64,000 nucleotides of DNA from NCBI GenBank assembly GCA_945883905.1, contig CAMCYL010000001.1:2088-66087 (forward strand). Direction: 5' to 3'. The notes below the pieces were generated by a model that was not told the origin of the DNA, did not search any database, and saw only the letters and a program-made list of their open reading frames with translations. The position numbers and the translations under genes are program-made. The DNA comes from Akkermansia muciniphila. Its GTDB lineage: Bacteria; Verrucomicrobiota; Verrucomicrobiia; Methylacidiphilales; CAMAQI01. Shown here one piece after another: positions 1-10,150 of this stretch (position 1 is its first letter; each line of letters begins with the position of its first letter).

Positions 1-152
1 ATTTAGTCGAGATGGAGATGAAGTTGATTAAACTTCGTGCGCCTTTAGCTGTTTTTCACGGAACCGTGAAAGTCAAAGGTCAGAAGGTCGCTCAAGTCGA
101 TCAATTGATGCTCGCTTTTGGGGATGAGTCTTTGATGATTGAGCATTCTTAG
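1..152 (+). CDS. 3' end of a hotdog-fold dehydratase, FabZ-like (partial, starts outside the window)
   Basis: Frame 3 is open from the window edge to TAG at 150-152. The translation ...VEMEMKLIKLRAPLAVFHGTVKVKGQKVAQVDQLMLAFGDES resembles FabZ C-termini. Confidence 0.45.
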   Translation, partial: LVEMEMKLIKLRAPLAVFHGTVKVKGQKVAQVDQLMLAFGDESLMIEHS

Positions 153-220
153 GGTTTTTGAGTGGATGTATAAACAAAACTTGGATTCACTCTTGAAGCT
201 GCAATAGTGATCGTTGATCC

Positions 221-2662
221 ATGTCCGATCCGTTGCCTAAAATTGATAAACAGAAAGTGTTGAGGGAGGATCCTTCTGTTCAAGAGGTTCTTCGTCATCC
301 GATTTCGTGGGTTCGACGATTACTTGCCGGTTTAGGGATTACAACAACAGTTTTAATTTTTGGACCCATTTTAATTGCGGTAATGTGGCTTCGCTATTGG
401 GGAATGCCCACGCAGGTGAAACAATATGTTCAAAAAGAACTTGAAAAACAAGGGTTACAAGTCGAATTTGAGCGGTTACTTCTTGACCCTTCGGGGGGAT
501 TTTTAGCCGATCGATTGACGGTTTATCGGAGTGGAGAGAAGGAGAATGTTTGGATTCAGGTGGATCGAGTTCGCATTGGGATCGCTTGGCTTTCTTGGTG
601 GAGGGGGGATCCCTTTATTCAAAGTGCTTCGATTCGAAATGCTTCGATTCAGCTTCCGATTAGTCCGCGAGAATCGGTTGCCCTTGAGGAGACTTATGCG
701 GATCTCGTGTTTAAAAAGGGAGTGGTTGAGGTGCTTGAGGCGAGATCTCGGGTGATTAATTTTCAGTTACAGATTAAAGGGGTGATTGAGCTGGCCAAAA
801 CGGTTGCGGGTTCGGAGAGAGGAGTCGTGACGCCTCCGCGTGTGGAGGATTATACCTATCGTGAGAATTTATGGAAATCCTTTCGGCAATATGCTTTGGA
901 GTTTGAATCCGAAAAGCCGATTTTAGTCGCCTTGGAGTTTAAAACGCCTGAGTTGCATCCAGAGCTTTCTGAGGCTTCGCTTTCAATCCGTGCGAAGCAT
1001 TGTCGATGGAGGGGGGTCCAAGTCGAAGAGATGGGGTTACAGGCTCATTTGGAGCAGAGTCGATTAAGATTGGAGGATATTCATATTCAATTAGCTCGTG
1101 GGGAGTGGTTAGCAAAAGGGGATTGGTATTTAGATGAGAAACGATCAATGATTGAGTTTCAATCGAGCTTGGATCTCTCTGTTTTTGCAACCGCATTTCC
1201 CGGAAAAGTAGGGGAGGCATTAGGCAAGCTTTCCTTTGAAGATCCGGCTCATTGTTCAGGACGATTACAGACCACTTTTAGTCCCGATTTTCATTATGAT
1301 CTTCAAGTTGATTTGAATTGGAAAAAGTTTTCGTATGGGAATGTGGCCTTTGATCGATTGAATCTTCCGATTGCCATGGATTCGCGGCGGCTTTTGGTCT
1401 CTGGAATGGAGCTCGTGGGAGCGAAGGGGAATGTTTCCTTAAACTTATTGTATGATCAATCGATCCCTGATTTGAAGGGGCATTTAAAGAGCGATCTCGA
1501 TCCTACTGTTTTGATCGGAGTTTTTGGAGAGGGGCTCGATCGATTTTTATCGAGTTTAGAGTTTCAAGGGAAGGGACCTTTATTAAATCTGAAACTAAAG
1601 GGATCGAGCCTCAAGCCTGCCGATTGGAAACTTTCGGGAAAAGTGGCTTTGGAAAAGGGATCCTATAAAAAAGTTTATTTAGAGACATTATCGAGTGATC
1701 TTTTGTTTGAAAAAGGGCGATTAACGTTATCTGCATTAAAAGTAAAACGTCCGGAGGGAGAGGCCCATGGGGGAGTGGTTTATGATTTAAATCAAAGAAC
1801 GGTTTTTTTAGATCAAGTCGTTTCGACGATTCAAGTTCGCGATATTGCGATTATGTTTGGACCTGTTTTAGATTCGAACTTAAAACCGTATATTTTTAGT
1901 ATTGCGCCTTTAGTTCATGCTCATGGATTGATTGATGAAATGGCGAATCGACCGGAACCGATCCATGACATTAAGTTTCAAATTCAATCGGAGGGGGTTT
2001 TGGATTATCAATTTATGGGAAAGCCGTTAAAATTTAACAAACCGAAGGTGGAGTTAACGATTCAAAAGCGAACCCTTCAGTTGACCTCCAAATCAGCAGA
2101 GCTTTTTGATGGAAAGTTCGGTTTAGTCTTTACGATGGATATGAGTAATCCGGTTCCTGATTTTCAAACTTCGATCACGTTTAGTGAGAACGGCTTTCAA
2201 CCTTTTATGAAGACCTTTTATAATTACGATAATGCGAAAGGAGTCATGTCCGGTCGAGTTGGAATTGCGGGAATTTTGGGAAGGACTGAGACCTTTAAGG
2301 GGGATGGGCAGATTACGATTCGGGATGGCTATATTCTTTCGATTCCGTTTATGGGAGGTCTATCGGATCTTTTGGGGGTCATGATTCCTAATTTCGGCTA
2401 TGCGAAAGCGGATCGTGCGGGAATGAGTTTTTTATTGAATGAGGGGAAGTTGACGACCGAGGACTTGGAGGTTTCGAGCACCGCTTTTACATTGATTGGG
2501 AATGGGGGCTACGATTTTGCAAAGGATGACTTGGATCTTAATACGCGGGTGAATGTGAAAGGGGTTGTGGGACTACTATTGTTTCCGGTGAGCAAACTTT
2601 TTGAGTATCACGGTTCTGGATCGATGAAAGAGCCGAAGTGGAGCCCGAAGATTTTGGAGTAG
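221..2662 (+). CDS. Large membrane-anchored AsmA/TamB-like protein
   Basis: 813-aa ORF with an N-terminal TM helix (ITTTVLIFGPILIAVMWL), a long beta-rich body, and a C-terminus YHGSGSMKEPKWSPK resembling the AsmA-family GT-x-x-PK tail. Confidence 0.5.
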   Translation: MSDPLPKIDKQKVLREDPSVQEVLRHPISWVRRLLAGLGITTTVLIFGPILIAVMWLRYWGMPTQVKQYVQKELEKQGLQVEFERLLLDPSGGFLADRLTVYRSGEKENVWIQVDRVRIGIAWLSWWRGDPFIQSASIRNASIQLPISPRESVALEETYADLVFKKGVVEVLEARSRVINFQLQIKGVIELAKTVAGSERGVVTPPRVEDYTYRENLWKSFRQYALEFESEKPILVALEFKTPELHPELSEASLSIRAKHCRWRGVQVEEMGLQAHLEQSRLRLEDIHIQLARGEWLAKGDWYLDEKRSMIEFQSSLDLSVFATAFPGKVGEALGKLSFEDPAHCSGRLQTTFSPDFHYDLQVDLNWKKFSYGNVAFDRLNLPIAMDSRRLLVSGMELVGAKGNVSLNLLYDQSIPDLKGHLKSDLDPTVLIGVFGEGLDRFLSSLEFQGKGPLLNLKLKGSSLKPADWKLSGKVALEKGSYKKVYLETLSSDLLFEKGRLTLSALKVKRPEGEAHGGVVYDLNQRTVFLDQVVSTIQVRDIAIMFGPVLDSNLKPYIFSIAPLVHAHGLIDEMANRPEPIHDIKFQIQSEGVLDYQFMGKPLKFNKPKVELTIQKRTLQLTSKSAELFDGKFGLVFTMDMSNPVPDFQTSITFSENGFQPFMKTFYNYDNAKGVMSGRVGIAGILGRTETFKGDGQITIRDGYILSIPFMGGLSDLLGVMIPNFGYAKADRAGMSFLLNEGKLTTEDLEVSSTAFTLIGNGGYDFAKDDLDLNTRVNVKGVVGLLLFPVSKLFEYHGSGSMKEPKWSPKILE

Positions 2663-2802
2663 AAATTTAAAAGAGATTGTTTCACGCACTCCCTGCACAA
2701 TAGCGCAACCGCTTCGGGGCATCCGGCATCTGCCATTTTAATCTCTGTTCTAATGAAAAAAAGTGACTCTCTAATGAAGGCAAGAAAGCATGAAAATACA
2801 TC

Positions 2803-3906
2803 TTATTTTTTCTTCGAGTAAAACGGTTTTTGAATAATCTCAATCGGGACCCGGGTTCCGCGTACTTCGAGATCGAGTTTGGTTCCGATGGTTTTGAAAT
2901 CGGAGTCTACATAGCCCATTCCGATGCCGATACCGAGCGTTGGGGATTGACTTCCGCTCGTGACCTCTCCGATTTTCCGATCGCCGGAGTAAATCGGATA
3001 ATGAGCACGAGGCGGGGCCGATTTTCCGATCGGTTTAAAGGCAATTAAGGTCGAGGGAATCCCTTTCTGAGCTTGAGAAATGAGGATTGATTTTCCGGGA
3101 TAGGAACTGGTTTTCGTCAAAGAGACAAATCGACCAAGATCGGCCTCTAAAGGGGTACGATCCGGAGAGAGATCGTTTCCATTCAAGGGATAACAGGATT
3201 CAAGTCGTAACGTATCTCGCGCTCCGAGACCGGTCGGTTTGAGTCCATCGGCTTTTCCGATTTCGAGGAGTGTCGTGAAGAGAGAGGAAACAGTTTCGGC
3301 AGAGATAAAGAGTTCAAATCCATCCTCTCCCGTGTAGCCAGTTCGTGCGATGAGGACTGTGTTCTGATTCCAGACGGTTTCAACGATGCGACTCCGTTTA
3401 GGAATTTCCAGATTTGGGATGAGGAGCTTAAGGATTTTCTCCGAAAGCGGACCTTGAAGGGCGACGGCGCCGTAGTCATCACTGGCGTTATCAAAGGAGA
3501 TTTTGGGTGGGAGATGTTTTTGAATCCAAAGGGCATCCTCTTCGATCATCGAGGCATTCACAACGAGAAAGTAACGATCAGCGGAGATGCGATAGATAAT
3601 TAAATCATCGATCACTCCCCCTTTTTCATTGAGGAGAAAGGTGTATTGTCCTTGTCCATCGACGATTTTTGAGAGGTCATTTGCGAGAATCGAGTTAAGG
3701 GCTTCGGTCGCCTCATTGCCTTGGATCCAGAATTCACCCATATGGGAGATATCAAAGAGCCCTGCGTGTTGGCGAACGGCCTGATGTTCATCGATGATTC
3801 CGCTGTATTGAACCGGCATGTACCAGCCTGCGAAATCGACCATGCGACCGCCAATGGATTCATGAGTTGCGGCAAGGGGAGTTTTTTGAGGAGTTGAGTT
3901 CGACAT
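2803..3906 (-). CDS. gcvT: Glycine cleavage system aminomethyltransferase (T protein)
   Basis: Translation ...GGRMVDFAGWYMPVQYSGIIDEHQAVRQHAGLFDISHMGEF... is classic GcvT. I place the start at ATG 3906 (MSNSTPQK), not the listed 3966, which would overlap galM. Confidence 0.9.
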   Translation of the reverse strand: MSNSTPQKTPLAATHESIGGRMVDFAGWYMPVQYSGIIDEHQAVRQHAGLFDISHMGEFWIQGNEATEALNSILANDLSKIVDGQGQYTFLLNEKGGVIDDLIIYRISADRYFLVVNASMIEEDALWIQKHLPPKISFDNASDDYGAVALQGPLSEKILKLLIPNLEIPKRSRIVETVWNQNTVLIARTGYTGEDGFELFISAETVSSLFTTLLEIGKADGLKPTGLGARDTLRLESCYPLNGNDLSPDRTPLEADLGRFVSLTKTSSYPGKSILISQAQKGIPSTLIAFKPIGKSAPPRAHYPIYSGDRKIGEVTSGSQSPTLGIGIGMGYVDSDFKTIGTKLDLEVRGTRVPIEIIQKPFYSKKK

Positions 3907-3962
3907 GAGCGAAATGATTAACAGGCAATTTGAATGGGGAAAGCAGGAAATAGAAATTATTA

Positions 3963-5009
3963 TCAAAAATGGAAATAATATTGGGTTTTACTTTGGAAGG
4001 TCTCCCCCGGTCTGAGGATTGTCTTCGGAAAATGAGGCTGATTTGGGCTATCGGGGTAGTGTTGGGTCTCGAGACAAAATCCGCTGCGAAATCGATAGGG
4101 ATTCCCGGATTTTCCAATCAGAGAGCCGTCGAGGAAGTTTCCGCTATAAAATTGTACTCCAGGTTCGGAGGATCTAACCTCCATTTGAATGCCTGAAGTG
4201 GGGGCGGTAACTTTTGCGACTTTAAAGAGACCGTTCGACTCTTTTTCTTGCGTTAAAATCAGATTATGATCGTAGCCCTGTGCGAACTGGAGTTGGGGGG
4301 CGGCAGTATCGATCTCTTTGCCGATCGTTTTTGGCTGAAGAAAATCGAAGGGGCTGTTTTGCACAGAAAGAATTTCTCCTGTGGGGATTAAATTGGAGTT
4401 TATAGGCGTAAACTGCTCTGCAAAAAGCTGTAACTGATGATCTAAAATCGAGGGATGACCTTCTCCTTCAAGATTAAAGTAGGTGTGATTCGTCAAATTG
4501 ATCGGCGTGGCACGATCCGTTGTTGCCTGATATTCGATCTCTAGCGTGTTTTTTTCAAGGACTCGATAAATCACCTTCACATGAAGATTTCCGGGATAGT
4601 TCTCCTCTTCCTCTGGACTAAAGTGAGTCAGAGTGAGTGTGGGGACTCCTTCAATTACAGCAGCGGTGGCATCCCAGAGATGTTGATCAAATCCTTTAAT
4701 GCCTCCGTGGAGGTGATTCTTTTTGTTATTCGTCGCAAGCCTGTACCATTTTCCCTCTAGCAGAAACTTTCCTTTTGCGATTCGATTTGCAAAGCGTCCG
4801 ATTATTGCGCCGAAGAAGGCATGAGAAGAGGCCTTCGTATAATCGGTGAGTTGTGAGTAACCGAGCGCCACATCGATGATTTTTCCAGAAGTGCAAGGAA
4901 TTTGAAGCGAAGTGATAATTCCACCGTAGTTTGTGATTTTAACCGTCATTCCAGAACGGTTTTTAAATGTAAATAATTTTGCAAAGCCAAAGGGACTCTC
5001 GGAGATCAT
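3963..5009 (-). CDS. galM: Aldose 1-epimerase (galactose mutarotase)
   Basis: 348 aa with the mutarotase motifs NRIAKGKF, HLHGG..GFD, TNHTYFNL and CLETQHYPDSPN. Confidence 0.85.
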   Translation of the reverse strand: MISESPFGFAKLFTFKNRSGMTVKITNYGGIITSLQIPCTSGKIIDVALGYSQLTDYTKASSHAFFGAIIGRFANRIAKGKFLLEGKWYRLATNNKKNHLHGGIKGFDQHLWDATAAVIEGVPTLTLTHFSPEEEENYPGNLHVKVIYRVLEKNTLEIEYQATTDRATPINLTNHTYFNLEGEGHPSILDHQLQLFAEQFTPINSNLIPTGEILSVQNSPFDFLQPKTIGKEIDTAAPQLQFAQGYDHNLILTQEKESNGLFKVAKVTAPTSGIQMEVRSSEPGVQFYSGNFLDGSLIGKSGNPYRFRSGFCLETQHYPDSPNQPHFPKTILRPGETFQSKTQYYFHF

Positions 5010-5337
5010 CCTTTAGATCTATCTTCAAAAAATGAGCGGACAATATTTATTAGAAAATCGAGATTATCCCCTCGGAAATCGAAAGTGAGTCTGGGCTTTC
5101 TCCCCATCGGGGCGTCGGTCTCAAAATCCAGTGTAGAAAAGGCAGGGGCTGATGGGCTATTGGGCTGTTAGGCTCGGAGTTTGAAAACCGATTAGCGGCA
5201 TCGATGTGGGGTGGATTAACTGTTTTTATTTCGATCCGTCATTTCGAAAGCTTTATTGTTTCGTGATTTCTGAAAAAATAAGTGGCGAGTTTTAAGAATG
5301 CTGATATCGGTAGTTTCAAATTAACCAAGGATATTGA

Positions 5338-5988
5338 ATGACTCATTGGACTCCCGATCAACTCTTGCAATCTCTTCAATGGCGTTATGCGGTAAAACAA
5401 TTTGATGCGACGAAAAAAATCTCTGAATCCGTTTGGAGTGTTCTCGAAGAGGCTTTGGTGTTAACACCCTCCTCCTTCGGATTACAGCCGTGGAAGTTTT
5501 TGGTGGTCACGGATAGTGCGGTACGTCAACAGTTGATGGTGCATTCATGGAATCAACCGCAAGTGGTTGATTGCTCTCATCATGTTGTTTTTGCAATCCA
5601 TAAAAACCTCGGGGAGGCTCAAATTGATCGTTTTTTAAATTCGACCGCAATCACCCGCGGGATTCCGCGTGAAAGCTTGGATGGTTATCGTGGAATGATG
5701 GTCGGAAATCTTGTTCAAGGCCCCCGGAGTGCGATTATTAATGAGTGGGCGACCTTTCAATCTTATATTGCCCTTGGAAATTTCATGACTTCTGCGGCGG
5801 TGATCGGAGTCGATACCTGTCCGATGGAGGGGATTGATGCCGGAAAATATGATGAAATTCTTGGACTCCTCGGTACGGAGTATCAAACGGTTGTTGCTTG
5901 TGCTGCTGGGTATCGAGCCTCGACCGATAAATATGCAAGCTTAGCCAAGGTTCGTTATCCGAAGTCGGAACTCATTCAGCGGATTTAA
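5338..5988 (+). CDS. NAD(P)H nitroreductase family protein
   Basis: 216 aa with the N-terminal RYAVKQFD motif and the overall nitroreductase-fold pattern (SSFGLQPWKF, DTCPMEG). Confidence 0.8.
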   Translation: MTHWTPDQLLQSLQWRYAVKQFDATKKISESVWSVLEEALVLTPSSFGLQPWKFLVVTDSAVRQQLMVHSWNQPQVVDCSHHVVFAIHKNLGEAQIDRFLNSTAITRGIPRESLDGYRGMMVGNLVQGPRSAIINEWATFQSYIALGNFMTSAAVIGVDTCPMEGIDAGKYDEILGLLGTEYQTVVACAAGYRASTDKYASLAKVRYPKSELIQRI

Positions 5989-6032
5989 TTTTCTCGCTCC
6001 AGTGTGCTGTATCAAGTTAGGGTGAGGGGATT

Positions 6033-7079
6033 ATGGCACGGGTTCTTTACGCAGTGATGGGAAATACGCATGGGCATATCATGCGAACTCAGTCTATTGT
6101 CAGCCGACTTCCTCATCATGAGTTCTATTTTGTGGGAGGAGGACGCGTTCCTGCGGCATTTGCTCAAAACTATCCGGTGCTTGAAGTTCCAGTTTTACGA
6201 ACTGTTCATAAGAATCAGACGGTTTCCGTTTGGGGGGTGATTCAGCAGATTTATCAATGTTTGAGATCGATCCCCAAAGTGCGTCGTCAAATCTTAAATC
6301 TTGTTCAGGAATGGAGGCCCGATGTTGTGATTGTTGACCGGGAGTTTTTTACTCCGATTGCTCTTTTGGGACAGAGGATTCCTGTTTTGGGAATCGATCA
6401 CTCCCATGTCATGAAAGCATGCGACTATCCAGTTCCCTCCGATCAGTGGCTCTCATGGAGTTTGGCGATGTTGAATGACTATATGCTTTTTGATTTCACT
6501 CGGAAAAATCTTATCGTCTCTTTTTTTCATCCCCCTCATAAAAGAGGGAATCAGGATGAACTTTTTCCTGCGATCGTTCGTCCGGAGGTTCCGCGAGTTC
6601 AACCTCGAAATGGCGACTACATTTTACTTTATCAAACCAGCAATACCTTTGGAGCGCTCTTAGAGGTGATGAAACAACTTCCCCGTCGAGTCGTTGTTTA
6701 TGGGTTTCGCAATGAGCATGTGGTGGAGGGGAGTATCACTTATAAACCATACGATCCAGAGGCGATTTTAGAGGATCTCGCGGGATGTCATTATGCGGTG
6801 GTGAATGGCGGTCATAATTTGATTTCGGAGGCTCTTTTTTACGGGAAACCGGTTTTCTGTTTTCCGATCAAGATGTTATTTGAGCAATATATCAATGCTT
6901 GGCATGTACGGGCTTTAGGATACGGCGATTTTTCCACAACCCGAGAACCGAAAGCGGCGTTGTTTTTGGACTTTGAATTGAAGGTTGAAGCGGCGAGAGA
7001 GCGGATTTGTGTCGAGTTTCATGAAGGAACCGATTTATTAGTGAAGCGAGTGGATCAGTTCATTCAGACCCGTTCATGA
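6033..7079 (+). CDS. Glycosyltransferase, MJ1255/VC2487-like (GT-B fold)
   Basis: N-terminus MARVLYAVMGNTHGHIMRTQSI and C-terminal GGHNLISEALFYGKP resemble the MurG-like uncharacterised glycosyltransferase family. ATGA overlap with the next gene. Confidence 0.6.
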   Translation: MARVLYAVMGNTHGHIMRTQSIVSRLPHHEFYFVGGGRVPAAFAQNYPVLEVPVLRTVHKNQTVSVWGVIQQIYQCLRSIPKVRRQILNLVQEWRPDVVIVDREFFTPIALLGQRIPVLGIDHSHVMKACDYPVPSDQWLSWSLAMLNDYMLFDFTRKNLIVSFFHPPHKRGNQDELFPAIVRPEVPRVQPRNGDYILLYQTSNTFGALLEVMKQLPRRVVVYGFRNEHVVEGSITYKPYDPEAILEDLAGCHYAVVNGGHNLISEALFYGKPVFCFPIKMLFEQYINAWHVRALGYGDFSTTREPKAALFLDFELKVEAARERICVEFHEGTDLLVKRVDQFIQTRS

Positions 7080-8329
7080 AAATCGCCTATATCACCTACC
7101 AATATCCGACCTTGTCACAGACCTTTATTCAAAGAGAGATCAAGAGCGTTGCCGCATTAGGATTGGAAATTGAGGTTCATGCGATGCGGGGGAGAGCGAT
7201 TCCTTTCGATCATTTCATTCCTCCAGGGGTAGTTATTTATCCTTTTTCACTTCTGCGATTATGGACCCTCATTTACAAAATCCCTCAGGAGCTGTTTCGA
7301 GATCCTGCGCTGATCGTTCGTGGAATTCAATTTCTTCAAGGCAAGCGTTGGCGGGGTTTCGATGATTTTTTAATCAATCTTTTGGGGATCGGATTTGCCT
7401 TTGCGACAGTCGATCGATTTCGTCAGTCGGAGGTTGATCATTATCATGGGGTTTGGGCGACGGGGATGACGACCGCAGCTGCACTTTTAGCGAAGATGAC
7501 GGGTAAGCGATTTAGTATGGGGGCTCATGCTTTTGATCTCTATCGACATGGCGGGGATTCTTTTTTGAAAGAGAAATTGGCTCGTGCGGTGTTTATTCAT
7601 ACCACGACGGAGGCGAATGTTCGTTATCTTCGGCATTTGGTTCCTCAATCCAACGTGATCCTTTCACGGCGGGGTTTAGAGTCCCTTCCGGATCTTTCGC
7701 TGAAGAAATCAAATTCCTGTTTCACGATTTTATCGGTGGCGCGATTGGTTCCTAAAAAAGGACTCGAATATCAAATCAAGATCTGTCAGGAGCTCAAACG
7801 ACAGGGTTTTCCCTTTATTCATCGGATCATCGGAGAGGGGACACTTCGTGACGGGTTACAAAAAGAGATTGAGGCGGCGGGGCTTCAAAAAGAGATTCAA
7901 CTCCTCGGTGCACTTTCTCAAAAAGAGGTTCAAGAGTACTATGCTCAATCCGATCTATTTTGGCATACAGGCCTTGTCGATGCGGAGGGGGATCGAGATG
8001 GACTTCCCAATGTCATTCCAGAGGCCTTTTCTTGGGGGCTTTGTGTTTTGAGTAGTCCGACTCCCGGTGCCGATGAGGCCGTGCTCCATGGGGAGACCGG
8101 TTGGATTTCCGATCCCCGACAAATCGAAAGCACGGCGCGTGCGATTCAGGAGTTGGCGGTGAACCAGGAGTTACGTCAGAAGTTAGGGGAGGAGGGACGT
8201 CGATGGGTCGAAGCGCATTTCATGAGCTCACAAAATGCGATGATTTTAGAGAAGGCCTTTAGGGAATTCTCTTTGTCAGCATCGCTTGAATCTGTCGGGG
8301 ATCACCTCTCATATCCAACACACCAATAA
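7076..8329 (+). CDS. Glycosyltransferase family 4 (GT1-type)
   Basis: 417 aa. The C-terminal domain has the EGDRDGLPNVIPEAFSWGLCVLSS...GETG motif (E-x7-E type). Confidence 0.8.
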   Translation: MKIAYITYQYPTLSQTFIQREIKSVAALGLEIEVHAMRGRAIPFDHFIPPGVVIYPFSLLRLWTLIYKIPQELFRDPALIVRGIQFLQGKRWRGFDDFLINLLGIGFAFATVDRFRQSEVDHYHGVWATGMTTAAALLAKMTGKRFSMGAHAFDLYRHGGDSFLKEKLARAVFIHTTTEANVRYLRHLVPQSNVILSRRGLESLPDLSLKKSNSCFTILSVARLVPKKGLEYQIKICQELKRQGFPFIHRIIGEGTLRDGLQKEIEAAGLQKEIQLLGALSQKEVQEYYAQSDLFWHTGLVDAEGDRDGLPNVIPEAFSWGLCVLSSPTPGADEAVLHGETGWISDPRQIESTARAIQELAVNQELRQKLGEEGRRWVEAHFMSSQNAMILEKAFREFSLSASLESVGDHLSYPTHQ

Positions 8330-8520
8330 CAGAGAATTTATTATCTTTAACCCAGACTCTACAATAGGAATAAAAAATGGAGCGCCGACGGTTTTGACGG
8401 CATAGGCGTCAACTTAAGAGAAAAGAAATTACAGTTTTAACCGCAGGGTAAACGGGGGGTAACGGAGGTTATGACTGTTTTCTGATAAAGCGTTTTATTC
8501 CATTCCGTAAATGGGGAACA

Positions 8521-9342
8521 TTAAAATGGATGCGAAATCCTACTTTTTTTTTGAGGTTTTTTTATTTTCTCATTGAGAATTGTATATTTCATAAAAACCT
8601 CTCTGGCATTTCCCCAAGCGATTTCCCAGCCGAGAGTTCCGTTGCGGAATCCCTGTTTGAGGATGTATCCTCTAAAAAACCGCCATCCGGCATGGAGATA
8701 GGGGCTAAAGGGAGTGGTTATTTTTCCTTTTTGAATCGCTGTTTTCGCCCAGAGATTGGCGTAGTGATGAATTCGCTCTTCTCGATCCTCGCGGTTTTGA
8801 TAGGTATAGTGCCAAAGATAACCATCAATGCGTTGAATCGGACCATTGACTTCGAGTCGTTCATGGACCGCTCCTCCTGAAAAGTGGGCTTTTCCCTTTT
8901 GGAAAAGACGGACGAGGCGGTCGGGGAACCAGTCGCCGTAAAAAATTTTAACCCCTTGATATTCAACGATTCGAGAGAGTTCGTAGCCTGCGGGGTGCTC
9001 TTTTTTGCTTTTGAGGGATTGGAGGTTTTTAAGGAGTTCTGCAGAGAGTTCTTCATCGGCATCAATACTGAGAATCCATGGGTGAGAGGCATTGGAGAGA
9101 GCGAAATTTTTCTGACTTACATAGCCCTCCCAGGGATGAGCGATAAAGCGAGCCTTAAAGGAGGAGGCGATTTGGGAGGTTTGATCAGTGCTTCCACTAT
9201 CGATGATTACGATTTCATCGACGAGAGGTCGAATCGAGTGAAGGCAACGAGCGAGGTTTTTTTCCTCGTTGAGCGTGATGATACAGGCAGAGATTTTCAA
9301 GCTTGGGGGAAGAATTGATCTTCGAGCATCAAGCAGAGGCAA
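8521..9342 (-). CDS. Glycosyltransferase family 2 (LPS-core type, WaaE/KdtX-like)
   Basis: ACIITLNEEKNLARCLHSI..VDEIVIIDSGSTDQT and SIDADE motifs. The true start may be TTG at 9300, forming a TTGA overlap with the gmhA stop, rather than ATG 9342. Confidence 0.8.
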   Translation of the reverse strand: MPLLDARRSILPPSLKISACIITLNEEKNLARCLHSIRPLVDEIVIIDSGSTDQTSQIASSFKARFIAHPWEGYVSQKNFALSNASHPWILSIDADEELSAELLKNLQSLKSKKEHPAGYELSRIVEYQGVKIFYGDWFPDRLVRLFQKGKAHFSGGAVHERLEVNGPIQRIDGYLWHYTYQNREDREERIHHYANLWAKTAIQKGKITTPFSPYLHAGWRFFRGYILKQGFRNGTLGWEIAWGNAREVFMKYTILNEKIKKPQKKSRISHPF

Positions 9343-9914
9343 TGATAGATCGGGAGATGATATTCTTGAATTCGGTAGGTTTCAGTTTCAGGGACGCAGA
9401 GACAAAGGTCGCAAAGAGGTTTAATCGCTCCTCCTGATTTCCCTGTAAAGCCGATTGTTTTAATCCCCTTTACCCGTGCGACTTCAAGTGCGTGGCGTAC
9501 ATTGAGTGCATTGCCGGAGGTACTGAGTGCGATTAAGGTATCGTTTGCTCTGCCGAGTCCCCAAAGGAGTTGGGCGTAGGTGACTTGGGGATCGACATCG
9601 TTTGCAAAAGCGGTCGAAAGTCCTGGAAATCCTGTCAGGGGAATGGCAGGAAGTGATCCTTGTAATTTGGAGGCAAGTTCAGGAGAGAATTTGGATCGAT
9701 CTTCGGGGGAGAGGGGGCGCTTATGATAAAAACCTTTGAGAAGCTCTCCGGACCAATGTTCACAGTCGGCGGCGCTGCCTCCGTTCCCACAGAGATAAAG
9801 AGAGCCCTGTTTTTCGTAGGTTTGAGCAATCATCTCAAATGCTTTTTGAATATCCGGAAGGAGGGATTCTAACGCTGGACAGCGTTCGATGAGAAGAGAG
9901 AGGTGTTTTGACAT
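9297..9914 (-). CDS. gmhA: D-sedoheptulose-7-phosphate isomerase (SIS domain)
   Basis: 205 aa with the GNGGSAADCEHW and LSTSGNALNV motifs typical of GmhA. Confidence 0.85.
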   Translation of the reverse strand: MSKHLSLLIERCPALESLLPDIQKAFEMIAQTYEKQGSLYLCGNGGSAADCEHWSGELLKGFYHKRPLSPEDRSKFSPELASKLQGSLPAIPLTGFPGLSTAFANDVDPQVTYAQLLWGLGRANDTLIALSTSGNALNVRHALEVARVKGIKTIGFTGKSGGAIKPLCDLCLCVPETETYRIQEYHLPIYHCLCLMLEDQFFPQA

Positions 9915-10150
9915 TGTGTTTTTGATGATTGAAGTTGAATCATAAATCGGTCAAAGACCGAAACCAAGAATCTATTTTAAATAAATAACATTTTTTCATT
10001 CACATCACATTGTATTCCGATTTATGAATTTTAAAAATACAATTTCTTTTTTTTGTTTTCGGGCTTAGCCAAAAACAGTTGTCCCTCACGAAAATCACAA
10101 AATGTTGACCGTTTTGCGAAGAATTCAAACAGTGAGGGACTAAAGAGAGA

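Noticed and set aside
2663-2802. Possible degenerate solo end of the R1/R2 inverted repeat (TTTCACGCAC...GCGCAACCGCTTCGG)
   Set aside because: Only about 9/16 and 11/15 matches to the IR sequences, and no arm sequence. This is within chance for GC-rich short strings.
5010-5337. Possible glycine riboswitch upstream of the galM-gcvT pair
   Set aside because: The minus strand lacks the conserved GGAGAG...CACCGAAGGGGCAA-type cores. No CGGTG or CTCTCC pairs occur in the right arrangement on the plus strand.
9915-10150. 9-bp inverted repeat GTCCCTCAC...GTGAGGGAC (about 48-nt loop) downstream of trpC, as an ncRNA or terminator
   Set aside because: The stem is short relative to the loop and no clear U-tract follows it directly on the trpC strand. 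The evidence is too weak to call a feature.
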